A DNA stretch of 53,863 nucleotides, taken from the NCBI GenBank assembly GCA_040225955.1, contig JBECUL010000010.1:1-53863 (forward strand), read 5' to 3'. Source of the stretch: Candidatus Asgardarchaeum abyssi. Lineage in GTDB: Archaea; Asgardarchaeota; Asgardarchaeia; Asgardarchaeales; Asgardarchaeaceae. The position numbers and the translations under genes were made by a program. Positions 7,997-17,621 of this stretch are shown in pieces. The stretch's first letter is position 1, and each line of letters opens with the position of its first letter. The notes under the pieces are model-generated. The model saw nothing but the letters and a program-made list of their open reading frames with translations, was not told the origin of the DNA and made no database searches.

Positions 7997-10249
7997 TTAT
8001 TCTTGAATTACCAATGTTTCTCTATACAAGTTTAATAACAATTTTCTCTCCTTTAATAACGGTAGCTCTCCATCAGAGATTCTCTTTATATTCTCCCAGT
8101 TTTGTTGAGCCATTAAATAGCAAAGTTGGCTCATTTTCTCACAAAAGCTTGAAACATTTAAAAAGCCAAGTTTATTAAATACAGTACTAGCTCGTTTATA
8201 TAATGTATATGCTGATCTAAAGTTATTTACTGATGAATCACAGTACGTATATGCCTTACTCCAATTTTTTAAATGAGCATAACATTCATGTAAAGCGTCA
8301 TCCTTGGCTCCCTGAAATCTTTCAATCTCTGCATTATAAAAAATAAGTGCTGCCTCCTGGATATCTATTAATTTTTTTATAGATTTTCCTATGAAGTTGC
8401 TTTCTTTACTTTCATTATAGCTTTTAAGTCTTAACTGACTAATCTTAGATATCTCCTTCAAGAACTCGATAACTTCGTTATGGCAGTCTGATATATCCTT
8501 TACGTCTTTATCACATATTTTGCTTTCTGAAAATGATCGATAAAGTAATTCGCGCAAATCTTTACATTTTATTACACTTTGGTTTGCATGTTCTACTAAA
8601 ATTCTCTCCGCGTATTTCGCACCATCACCTAATGCAAGATTTGCTAAATCACGATGGACCTCTTCAAGATTTTTTTCATTCGCTAGCTTATAAAATCTTG
8701 AAGCTTCGTTAGAAAAAATATGCTCTAAAACTCTAAAACGTATTGTTTCAAAGTCATTGTCACTGATGTCAGAGTTTCTATACACTAGCAAGTATCTTGA
8801 TGTCATCATAAGAGCTTTTGATAAGTTGATTAATACTTCTTTCTCTTGAATATTTTCAGATATTCTAAGAAGTTTTAATGCTCTTGATGCCGATTCTAAT
8901 ACTTTCCTCGCTGATTTTGCGTTTATGACATCATCTACTTCGTCCTTTGCATCACTTAGTAAATCTTTAATTCTCTGAGTCAATGTGTAACTTCTAAATT
9001 TTTCCGCAAATTCTATATTTTCTTTTATACCTTTCCAGTTTCCTTTTTGGACTTCAGAAATTAGATAGTGTATTATATGTTCCTCTTCGGTCAAAAAAGT
9101 CTTGAGATCCCCATCCATAAGTTTTTGCCTTATTTCATCAATCTCTTCTAAAATTTCATTTAAATCAGCTATTAGCTTTTCTCCATTACCGCTTGCCTCA
9201 TCATTTTGAAGTATATTCTTTTTCACATCAAAAATCTTATTTATTAGTATCTGCGCCTTTGAAATGCCAATATTTCTTAACCATATAGTATTATTACGTT
9301 TAAAACTTGTAATATCTTCAGATAGAGAGATACAAGATTCGAACTCATTTATAGCCTTTTCTAAAAGGCTTTGAGCAACTTTTCGATTATAAATAAGTCC
9401 TAAGTCTCCTAAAAGTTTGCAATATTTTCCCTTTGCATCGTGTTTAAGTATCTCTACTTTTCTAAAGTAAAGATTTAACCTTTGATTTTTCATGAGTGAG
9501 TTTTTGTCGACCGTCTTCAATAGAGAATGTGTTATCGAATGTATTACATACTCGAAAATATATCTTGTGAGTGCCATTTCAAAGGGATATATTGCCAACC
9601 AGATTTTCCATTCCTTTTTCTCAAAAAGTCGAATTATATAATCTTCAAAAAATGATGATAGCTTTTCAAGCAGGTTCAATAATATGTTTTTCCCCTCATC
9701 TTTCTCTTTATTGCTTTTCCATAAGAAATAGTCTATAAGAATTTCTCTTAGTAGTCTAATTCCATCAACTTTACTAATTTTATCTTGAATGTTTTGAGAG
9801 GAATTTTTTATTAAATCTCTCATGGAGAATAGTATTCCTTCTAAGTCAATAGAACTAGAGATTGATAAATCAGGCAAATCTTCCACTTTAAGAAACTTAG
9901 AAATTAATTTAACAGTTGTTCTATATACATTATATCTCCATACAGCTAAACTTGCCATTTCTTGTCTTTTCTGTAAGTTTTTTATTTTTTCTTGTAAGAT
10001 TTCCCGCTGCTCTGAAATTTGCAATCTTTTTAACACACTACTATGTCTTCTTAGCTCCTCCTCCAGTAAAGATAATTCCAATTTATTATATTCAAAAAGG
10101 TAATCATAGATATTATAAAGACTTTCTAGAGCAGCGTTGATAGTGATATCTTTATTGTTCTGGAAGACATTAGTAATTACTTCATTTAGAACATCATAGA
10201 CTTTCCTTTGTAGTGGTAAAAGCATGGTAATTATTCCTTTATCTTCCAT
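7997..10249 (-). CDS. large all-alpha (TPR/solenoid-like) protein of unknown function
   Basis: 750 aa, almost entirely amphipathic helices with TPR-like A/Y/F patterns. Confidence 0.7.
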   Translation of the reverse strand: MEDKGIITMLLPLQRKVYDVLNEVITNVFQNNKDITINAALESLYNIYDYLFEYNKLELSLLEEELRRHSSVLKRLQISEQREILQEKIKNLQKRQEMASLAVWRYNVYRTTVKLISKFLKVEDLPDLSISSSIDLEGILFSMRDLIKNSSQNIQDKISKVDGIRLLREILIDYFLWKSNKEKDEGKNILLNLLEKLSSFFEDYIIRLFEKKEWKIWLAIYPFEMALTRYIFEYVIHSITHSLLKTVDKNSLMKNQRLNLYFRKVEILKHDAKGKYCKLLGDLGLIYNRKVAQSLLEKAINEFESCISLSEDITSFKRNNTIWLRNIGISKAQILINKIFDVKKNILQNDEASGNGEKLIADLNEILEEIDEIRQKLMDGDLKTFLTEEEHIIHYLISEVQKGNWKGIKENIEFAEKFRSYTLTQRIKDLLSDAKDEVDDVINAKSARKVLESASRALKLLRISENIQEKEVLINLSKALMMTSRYLLVYRNSDISDNDFETIRFRVLEHIFSNEASRFYKLANEKNLEEVHRDLANLALGDGAKYAERILVEHANQSVIKCKDLRELLYRSFSESKICDKDVKDISDCHNEVIEFLKEISKISQLRLKSYNESKESNFIGKSIKKLIDIQEAALIFYNAEIERFQGAKDDALHECYAHLKNWSKAYTYCDSSVNNFRSAYTLYKRASTVFNKLGFLNVSSFCEKMSQLCYLMAQQNWENIKRISDGELPLLKERKLLLNLYRETLVIQE

Positions 10250-10252
10250 TTA

Positions 10253-11035
10253 TCACTCCTCTCTTAAAACTTTTTGAGCGAACGTCAAATAACCTGTATG
10301 AGCAATCATTCTTGAGGATGGTCGAGTTTTCCCCGGTCTAACAAGTATGTCTCGTAATAGACACTCAATAGTATATACATTTTTAAATCCTTTACTTTCC
10401 TCCAAAGCGCTAACGGTCTTAATTACTTGTTCTATTGTTGGAGAGTACGATATAAAAACGCCTCCGTTTTTTAGGGATTCATAAGCATGAGGAACTACTT
10501 TCCATGGAGTTGCCATGTCTAGAATCACTACATCTATCTCCTTCTCATAAATTCCCTCACAAACATCTTTATTATATATAGTTACATATTTTTCTAGTGA
10601 TAATCGCTTTATATTCTTCCATGCAACTTCTATAAACTCCTTTCTAATCTCATAAGAATATACATGGCCAGTGGGACGTACATAATATGCTAGTACTGTT
10701 GTTAATGCGCCACTTCCAGTACCAGCCTCAACTACGATACTACCAGGTCCAATCCCAGAGTGCAGAAGTATCAATCCTGCATCTTTTGGATAAATAATAT
10801 TTGTATTTCGTATGACATTTAAAACAAAATCAGAAAGTGTTGGTTTTAAAATGTAAAATTTGACCCCTTTATTGCTCTCAATTGATGATCCCCATTCCTT
10901 TCCGATGGCATTTGAAAGATTTATAACACCTTTATGAGTATGAAATACTTTATCCTTAGTAACCTTCAAAAGCCAATTCCGTTTATTATCTAAATACAGT
11001 TTTATATAGTCGCCTTCTTTTATAAGAGTCTTCAT
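10253..11035 (-). CDS. trmI: tRNA (adenine-57/58-N1)-methyltransferase
   Basis: FHTHKG, IIYPKD, VEAGTGSGALT, LDMATPW, HTGYLTFA. The real start is ATG 11035 (MKTLIKEGD); the ORF-track extension overlaps the upstream gene. Confidence 0.95.
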   Translation of the reverse strand: MKTLIKEGDYIKLYLDNKRNWLLKVTKDKVFHTHKGVINLSNAIGKEWGSSIESNKGVKFYILKPTLSDFVLNVIRNTNIIYPKDAGLILLHSGIGPGSIVVEAGTGSGALTTVLAYYVRPTGHVYSYEIRKEFIEVAWKNIKRLSLEKYVTIYNKDVCEGIYEKEIDVVILDMATPWKVVPHAYESLKNGGVFISYSPTIEQVIKTVSALEESKGFKNVYTIECLLRDILVRPGKTRPSSRMIAHTGYLTFAQKVLREE

Positions 11036-11048
11036 TTTCCAGTCCCTG

Positions 11049-11402
11049 CTATTTGAAAAATGCCGGCCTTTCTGAGACCTTAATAATTGGTACGTACTGA
11101 TATCTTCGCTCTTCCATACTATTCTTATAGAGTACAGTCTCTTCTGGATCGGTAGTATAAGCAATAAATTTACCCTCTGGTGGTTTATCAAGCTCTACAT
11201 AAACAATTAACGGAAGACCATGAAATTGATAGTATCCAAGAGTTGTCGTTAGTGTAAATAAATAGTGCTTTCCATTTTCCTCCAAATAAAATACTGCTTG
11301 AGGATTATGTCTCATAGTCCAAGTTATTATCAACCTTGCTAAATCCTCAATACTTGCTAATTTTATTCTTGTTGCGGGTGGAAGAGATTCAGCTTTACTC
11401 AT
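11049..11402 (-). CDS. conserved archaeal hypothetical protein (TACK/Asgard type)
   Basis: IKLASIEDLAR...GLPLIVYV...YVPIIKV pattern, AGGTGA SD. Confidence 0.65.
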   Translation of the reverse strand: MSKAESLPPATRIKLASIEDLARLIITWTMRHNPQAVFYLEENGKHYLFTLTTTLGYYQFHGLPLIVYVELDKPPEGKFIAYTTDPEETVLYKNSMEERRYQYVPIIKVSERPAFFK

Positions 11403-11475
11403 AATTATCACCTTCTAGATATACTGAAAATCTTTTTTATGTAGAATGTAATTAATTTTTCTGAAATGCTCTTCT

Positions 11476-12687
11476 TTGGGGATGAAGATGAAAAAACGGA
11501 TTTACATCGCAGCTTGTGGCATTGGACTAGGACATGTAAGTAGATGCATAGCCATAGCTAATGAAATAAGAGAAAAAAAACCAGATGTTGAAATATTTAT
11601 ATCAACATATGGAGATGGAATTGATTTTGTTAAAAAACACAATTATCCACTTATGGTAGTTCCTCCTATGAAATTAGTCGAATCTCCTGATGGTTCTGTT
11701 GACGCAAAAAGAACAGCTATTGGTGCAATAAAGGGAATTATAACTTTTATAAGGCAAGTTATTCGTGAGATTAGGTATATAAAGCGTATAAATCCTTCGA
11801 TAATAATTAGCGATACTAGATTGTCAACTGTTATAGCTGCTTGGCTTCTAAGGAGAAAAGTCTATTTAATTACAAATCAACTTCGGATTATAATACCTCA
11901 TAGAAAAAAACTAACACCTCTAAAGAAAAAGATAAAACGATTTGGCGAAATAATCATATTACATGTTATCATGCTCCTGTGGAACCGAAGTGAGAAGATT
12001 TTTGCCGCAGATTTTCCTCCCGAGCTTACAATTAGCAGAGATGTCCTTAACGTTCCTCAAAAATTATCTAAGAAAATAAAGTTTATTGGACCAATTCTAA
12101 ATGTACCTCATTTTGAAGAGTATGAAATTGCTCAGATTCGCAGTCAATTCCTAAAGAATGCTGAAAGATTAATATACGTAGGATTAAGTGGTACAAGAAT
12201 CGAAGTTGAAAGTTTAAGGAAAAAGTTAGAAGGATTATTTTTAAAATTTCCAGAAAAATACCTATTTGTTATGAGCCTAGGCCGTCCATCTAGTAAATAT
12301 TTCTTGTATCGGAAAAGAAACCTATATGTTTATAATTGGATTCCTGAAAGAACCAAGCTAATGGCAGCTTCAGATGTATATATTGGTCGCTCCGGCCAAC
12401 TTTCAGTTGCAGAGACTTTTTATCTAGGAGTCCCTGCAATTTGGATACCATCAATAGCCCATACTGAACAAATAACTAATGCACTATCATCAGTTAAATT
12501 GGGAGTTGGCCTTTTAATAAGCCAAAAAAAGATAACTTATCAAAAATTGTTTGACGCTATAAATCATTTACTTTTTAATTATGCCGTAAAGGAAAAGTTA
12601 AGGGAGATTAAAAGACGGGTTAATGAATATGACGGAAAAAAGTATTTAGTGAATTTTATACTCTCAAAGCTTAATAACATAGGATAA
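11476..12687 (+). CDS. GT-B glycosyltransferase, family 28 (MurG/MJ1255-like)
   Basis: CGIGLGHVSR, IIISD, GRSGQLSVAE, HTEQITNA motifs. Confidence 0.9.
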   Translation: MGMKMKKRIYIAACGIGLGHVSRCIAIANEIREKKPDVEIFISTYGDGIDFVKKHNYPLMVVPPMKLVESPDGSVDAKRTAIGAIKGIITFIRQVIREIRYIKRINPSIIISDTRLSTVIAAWLLRRKVYLITNQLRIIIPHRKKLTPLKKKIKRFGEIIILHVIMLLWNRSEKIFAADFPPELTISRDVLNVPQKLSKKIKFIGPILNVPHFEEYEIAQIRSQFLKNAERLIYVGLSGTRIEVESLRKKLEGLFLKFPEKYLFVMSLGRPSSKYFLYRKRNLYVYNWIPERTKLMAASDVYIGRSGQLSVAETFYLGVPAIWIPSIAHTEQITNALSSVKLGVGLLISQKKITYQKLFDAINHLLFNYAVKEKLREIKRRVNEYDGKKYLVNFILSKLNNIG

Positions 12688-12720
12688 TTTTAACTATAGT
12701 CGCAAAATATCAGAAAGTCC

Positions 12721-13578
12721 TTAAGGTAGGAATGGTATTGTGAAAAAGGAAATCAATGCAATAAACATCGCTAAAAGTATCATCTTTTTTGACTTTAATG
12801 CTTGATCTTTACTGCTGTCTTTTAAAATAATCACTAGTGCTTTAATAAAAACAAGATCGGAAATTGCAACTATTATTAAATATGTAATTCCTGCATACCT
12901 TAAAATATATGGTAATGGGCTTAAAATTATAGCAGCTATTATGAAAAAAGCAGCAAGCTTCGCTGCGATTTTTGGACCATATTTGACTGCAACGGTATTA
13001 TAATTTTTAAGTCTATCACCTTCTATATCAGCTATACCTTTTATTATCTCACGGCCAGTATTTGCAAGAAAAGCTACCGTAAAAAATATCATTATTAGTG
13101 GACTTATTGTATTCTCTATCACTACAGCACCAAATACAAAAGGAATAGCAACAGAAGAACTTACAATAAAATTACCAAGCAATCCTGTTCTTTTTAAATA
13201 AATGTCATAAAGAGAGGATAGAATAAAATAAGCAATTGCAATTACCAAATTCAATAAACCTATGAATGATGAAAAAAGTATGCCAAGAAATCCTAAAATA
13301 ATATAATATGCGAGCGCGACTTTTGGATGAATTATACCAGCGGGAAGAGGTCTATTAGGAGCATTAATTCTATCCACAGGTAAGTCAATATAATCATTTA
13401 AAACCATAGCAGCTCCTGTTAGAAAAAAACCTGTAAAAAAAGCGAAAATGGATTTGTAGAGGGGCAAATTAAATTTTGCCACAACAATTTCACCAATTAA
13501 TATACCAATACCTATCATTATGCAATTAATAGGACGTATTATTGAAAAAAAAGCCTTTAACGTTCTTATTTTAGGCAT
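12721..13578 (-). CDS. UbiA-family prenyltransferase, likely digeranylgeranylglyceryl phosphate synthase
   Basis: IRPINC, NDYIDLPVDRINAPNRPLPAG, REIIKGIADIEGD motifs, multiple TMs. Confidence 0.9.
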   Translation of the reverse strand: MPKIRTLKAFFSIIRPINCIMIGIGILIGEIVVAKFNLPLYKSIFAFFTGFFLTGAAMVLNDYIDLPVDRINAPNRPLPAGIIHPKVALAYYIILGFLGILFSSFIGLLNLVIAIAYFILSSLYDIYLKRTGLLGNFIVSSSVAIPFVFGAVVIENTISPLIMIFFTVAFLANTGREIIKGIADIEGDRLKNYNTVAVKYGPKIAAKLAAFFIIAAIILSPLPYILRYAGITYLIIVAISDLVFIKALVIILKDSSKDQALKSKKMILLAMFIALISFFTIPFLP

Positions 13579-13641
13579 ACCATCACCTTAAAGCCATATT
13601 GTATTTCTTTTTAAAAACATTATTACGGCACTAACAGCTAT

Positions 13642-14271
13642 CTATGACTCTTTTAACTTTTTAAGTTTTTCCTTAACTTTATTAATCTCTTCCTCTAATG
13701 GTTCAGGGAACTCAATCTCCTCCGCTTCTTTAATGGTAATGCCTAAACTTTCCTCTAATTGATCCAATTCGGCTTCTAATTCCTCATCTGAAATTTCTTT
13801 TGCAGAAACTTTTGGTTTTACTGCTGTTAAAACTTCTTCTTTAACACCTTCTATTTGCTCAACCATCTTGTTTATTTTCTCCGCCTCATTTGTAATGCGC
13901 TTAAGAGATGGCATGGAAACTAGGATGTCTTTAAGCATCACACGAACTTCGGATATGACTTTTACAGCCTGATCCATTATTTGTGCTTGCTCTAGTTGAA
14001 AGGTGAGAGCATCTATACTTGCCTTATATTCATCTATACTCATTGCTTTGGTTAAATACTCATGATACAACTTTAGATACTTTTTAGCTTGCTCACGATG
14101 CCCCATTTTAAGATATTTTAATGCTTTTTGTCTATGTTCTTCGGCTTTTTGTTCGAGCTCCTGCCTATTTATATCAAGAAGCTCACTGAATGTTTTTAGA
14201 TGAATAATCAGATCTTGTGGTGACCTCTTAGGAGATAGCCAATTTCGAATACTTTCGATAAATCTGCCCAA
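13642..14271 (-). CDS. ESCRT-III (Snf7-family) protein
   Basis: MGRFIESIRNWL amphipathic N-helix, KALKYLKMGHREQAKKYL, DEELEAELDQLEE, C-terminal EEINKVKEKLKKLK. Divergent from vps4. Confidence 0.88.
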   Translation of the reverse strand: MGRFIESIRNWLSPKRSPQDLIIHLKTFSELLDINRQELEQKAEEHRQKALKYLKMGHREQAKKYLKLYHEYLTKAMSIDEYKASIDALTFQLEQAQIMDQAVKVISEVRVMLKDILVSMPSLKRITNEAEKINKMVEQIEGVKEEVLTAVKPKVSAKEISDEELEAELDQLEESLGITIKEAEEIEFPEPLEEEINKVKEKLKKLKES

Positions 14272-14407
14272 TATAATTCACCAATCATAAGTATTGATTA
14301 TACACATTTACATTTTCGATACTTATTTATGTAACTATTAGAGAAATGATAAATAAAAACATTATTCAATTATTTGGCTGATAATAAAATAATTGAAGGG
14401 AGCTCTA

Positions 14408-15580
14408 ATGAGTTTTGATTCGCTTCAGCAGAAAGCAAAGATTCTTGCAAAGAAGGCCATTGAACTAGATTCTATGGGCAAAAAGGAAGAAGCATATAAA
14501 TATTACCTTAAAGCAGCTGAAATTCTCTTAAGATTAGCTGAGATTGCAAAGATTAGAAGACGAAAAAAAGAGTTCCACTCTCTAATTTATTTCGCAAATA
14601 AATATATTCAAAGATGTTATGAAATAAAGGGTATTGAATTCGAGGAGGGGAAAGAAGAAAAAAGAGAAAAAGCTATTACAAGAGAGAGAACAAAAGAAGA
14701 GGACAGAGAAACATTTGAAATAATATCAGATCTTGTAATTAGGGAAAAACCTAATGTTTCATGGGATGACATAGCAGATTTGGAGCAAGCAAAACTTGCT
14801 ATAAAAGAAGCTATAATATTGCCATTGCGCCATCCAGAATGGTTTAAAGGCGCAAGAAAACCATGGAGGGGGATTTTATTTTTTGGTCCACCAGGATGTG
14901 GAAAAACCTTATTAGCTCGTGCAACAGCTTCAGAGATAGATGCTACATTTTTAAATGTGGATGCAGCTTCGATTTTTGTTAAATGGGTGGGCGAATCAGA
15001 GAAAAGAGTTAAAGCATTATTTAAATATGCAAGATCTGCAGCTCCAGCAATAATTTTTATTGATGAAATAGATGCTATGATATCTTCTAGAGAGATAGAA
15101 GGAAGCTCTGGTGTCGAACACCGGATAAAAACACAATTTTTGACGGAAATGGATGGCGTGTTAAAAAAAGATGATGAACGAGTGCTTGTTTTAGCAGCGA
15201 CTAATATGCCATGGATATTAGATATAGCAATAAGAAGAAGGTTTGAAAAGAGAATATATGTTCCTCCTCCAGGATTAGAAGCTAGGAAAAAAATTTTTGA
15301 AATACATTTGAGAGGTTTAGATTTATCAGAAGATGTTGACCTTGACTTACTAGCTAAAATAACTGAGCTTTACACTGGAGCTGATATAGCATTAATTTGT
15401 AGAGAGGCTGCAATGATGCCTATAAGAGAACTAAAAGATATTGAGGCTGGAGAAAATATTTCTCCTAGATCAATAAGAATGTCGGACTTTGAGGAAGCTT
15501 TAAGACGCATAAAACCTTCTATTTCAGAGAAGGAACTTTTAAGGTATGAAAAATGGGCTAAAGAGTACGGAAGTGCTTAG
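14408..15580 (+). CDS. vps4: Vps4/CdvC AAA+ ATPase with N-terminal MIT domain
   Basis: MIT (AKKAIELDSMGKKEEAYKYYLKAAEIL), Walker A GPPGCGKT, KWVGESEK, Walker B IIFIDEID, RRRFEKRIYVP, C-terminal YEKWAKEYG. No eukaryotic beta-domain. Confidence 0.93.
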   Translation: MSFDSLQQKAKILAKKAIELDSMGKKEEAYKYYLKAAEILLRLAEIAKIRRRKKEFHSLIYFANKYIQRCYEIKGIEFEEGKEEKREKAITRERTKEEDRETFEIISDLVIREKPNVSWDDIADLEQAKLAIKEAIILPLRHPEWFKGARKPWRGILFFGPPGCGKTLLARATASEIDATFLNVDAASIFVKWVGESEKRVKALFKYARSAAPAIIFIDEIDAMISSREIEGSSGVEHRIKTQFLTEMDGVLKKDDERVLVLAATNMPWILDIAIRRRFEKRIYVPPPGLEARKKIFEIHLRGLDLSEDVDLDLLAKITELYTGADIALICREAAMMPIRELKDIEAGENISPRSIRMSDFEEALRRIKPSISEKELLRYEKWAKEYGSA

Positions 15581-15581
15581 T

Positions 15582-16223
15582 ATGGAAGCTACCAAAGTAA
15601 AAGAGAAAGAAAAAATAAAGGATAAAACGGTAAAAGAAAAAGAAAGAGCTTCTATAGAAGAAAAAGTTATTATGACAACAGAAAAAGCTCTACCGAAGAT
15701 TACTATTGAAGAGGAGGAAATTTTTCCAGAATTTAGAGAATTAGTTCATATGTATTATATACCCAAAAATAAAGATTTGTTAGAACACTGGTTAAAAGAA
15801 TGGGGCGATTTTTTAATAAAGTGGGCGTCGTTTCATAAGAAGTTAATTGTAGGAATAAAGGATATTCAAGAGAGTAAAGCCTTTGAATTTAACAAACACA
15901 AGCTTAGTTTAAATGCTATTGTTAAGATTTTTGAGTACTTAGTAAATAATAAATTAGCAACATGGATAGATAAGCAAAAATTACGAATAAGAATTCTTTG
16001 GAAAACCGATGAGGAAATAGCTGAAGATATCTATAAATGGGCTTGGCAAACAGGCTTTCTTATACTTGACGTTTATCAACTTTTCAAGTCTGAAGAATAC
16101 TGGAGTTCGCTACCTCCCGAATATTTAGAGAAAATAATTTATCTGCTAGTAGAGAGAAAGAGAGCAGAATGGATCAGCAAAAATAAAAAAATAATTAGAA
16201 TAAAATTGAGGGACTTTATATAA
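15582..16223 (+). CDS. vps25: ESCRT-II subunit Vps25-like (tandem winged helix)
   Basis: MYYIP...WLKEWGDFLIKW, WKTDEEIAEDIYKWA, LVERKRAEW. ATG 1 nt after the vps4 stop. Confidence 0.82.
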   Translation: MEATKVKEKEKIKDKTVKEKERASIEEKVIMTTEKALPKITIEEEEIFPEFRELVHMYYIPKNKDLLEHWLKEWGDFLIKWASFHKKLIVGIKDIQESKAFEFNKHKLSLNAIVKIFEYLVNNKLATWIDKQKLRIRILWKTDEEIAEDIYKWAWQTGFLILDVYQLFKSEEYWSSLPPEYLEKIIYLLVERKRAEWISKNKKIIRIKLRDFI

Positions 16224-16986
16224 CTAGTAGCCGTGACAAATAAATTAATAAAACTGTTACAAATGCTATAAAGATTGACGTATTAATAGGTAGATCGTAT
16301 ATTTCTCTGACGCCGACGCCTATCAAAAGAGTAACCCATATTGCAAAAACATATTCCAACAGATGTGCTATAGCATAAGCTTGGGAGTTGAAATATAGAG
16401 TTACTAGATCTGGAAAAGCAACAATTGGAACACTCGCAGGAACAGGAGGTATAATAAAGATAAGAAGTATTGCAATAATTTTGTGGATTAGAAAAGGAGC
16501 TGTCGACATTAATAATATTGCAAAGGATCTGGAAAACTTACTCTTATCAGTAAATATTCTGGTGATTACGTACAAGAGTAATGAGTAAAAAATGTATGCA
16601 ATGATAAATACTAATAAGTCACCTATTATCACTGAAATCATAGAAGATATAAAACTCCAAAGAAAAATATCGGAAAATCCAATTACAAAAGTAGAGAGAG
16701 AAAGAAAAAGTAAACCATCAAGAAAAACATTTAGAAAAAGAAACATAAATGGAATACTTGATCTAAACGTAATCGCATAATCCTGGAAAACAAGACCTGG
16801 ATATGTAAAGATATAAAAAATCATCTCTCTTATTGTCAAGGGTTTAAATTGTTCTTTCTCTACTGGTCGTAGTAATGGTAAAACACGTTCTAAAAATTCA
16901 ACTCTTAATCTTGAACCACATACAGGACATACTACATCATCTGGAGATATAGGAGCTCCACATTTAGGGCAATTTGTTATTGCCAC
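16216..16986 (-). CDS. zinc-ribbon + Yip1-domain membrane protein
   Basis: CPKCG-x8-CPVCG N-terminus, then IFTYPGLVF and five TM helices with Yip1-like W..LLIGVGVREIYDL. Confidence 0.75.
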   Translation of the reverse strand: MAITNCPKCGAPISPDDVVCPVCGSRLRVEFLERVLPLLRPVEKEQFKPLTIREMIFYIFTYPGLVFQDYAITFRSSIPFMFLFLNVFLDGLLFLSLSTFVIGFSDIFLWSFISSMISVIIGDLLVFIIAYIFYSLLLYVITRIFTDKSKFSRSFAILLMSTAPFLIHKIIAILLIFIIPPVPASVPIVAFPDLVTLYFNSQAYAIAHLLEYVFAIWVTLLIGVGVREIYDLPINTSIFIAFVTVLLIYLSRLLVI

Positions 16987-17034
16987 CTTGGATACCCCAA
17001 TTCATGAATTTGTGTATTTAGAAACCAATAAAAA

Positions 17035-17529
17035 TTATTCACGCCTTTTGAAAATTTTACTTGGCTTAATTAATCCTTCCTCTTCTATTGCAGGCTCACT
17101 TTTTCTTGGTTGTTGAGAAGGCATTGATATCTGTTGCGCAACTTGTACAGGAGAACCTGATTGTTGAGTCAGCCCTAATCTATTAACAACATCCGTAAGA
17201 AGCAAAGCTGTTAAAGTCTGGAGATTTTTCTCTAGGGAATCTCCTTTGCTTTCCTTTTTAAGCCCCTCTAGTTGGTTTGCTAGTTCATCTATCTTTCCTA
17301 AAAGCAACATTATTTTGCTATCGAGTTTATTTATTGAATCTATTATCTGCTGTAAAAGAAGCGTTGGAGAAATTTTTGGTTTGGCAAGCTGAGGTTTAGA
17401 TTCTTCAACAACTACTTGTGATTTTTGGGTATCCTCGGAGATTACTTTCCCCGATTCTTGAACACTTTCTTTCTCTAAAAAGGATTCTTGTGATTTTTTA
17501 GCTTGCTCATTTGTATTATACTCACTCAT
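17035..17529 (-). CDS. hypothetical coiled-coil protein with disordered termini
   Basis: Probable ATG at 17529 (MSEYN). Central heptads, Q/P/S-rich linker. Confidence 0.6.
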   Translation of the reverse strand: MSEYNTNEQAKKSQESFLEKESVQESGKVISEDTQKSQVVVEESKPQLAKPKISPTLLLQQIIDSINKLDSKIMLLLGKIDELANQLEGLKKESKGDSLEKNLQTLTALLLTDVVNRLGLTQQSGSPVQVAQQISMPSQQPRKSEPAIEEEGLIKPSKIFKRRE

Positions 17530-17621
17530 TATCAACACCATAGGGTATGATATTTGAAATATGGACATATAACTATAAAAAATTTCTTTAATGTTAATCA
17601 TAAAAACTAAGAATTATTTTT

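Noticed and set aside
11036-11191. N-terminal extension of TrmI in the ORF track
   Set aside because: It overlaps the upstream gene in another frame. The family-typical start is ATG 11035.
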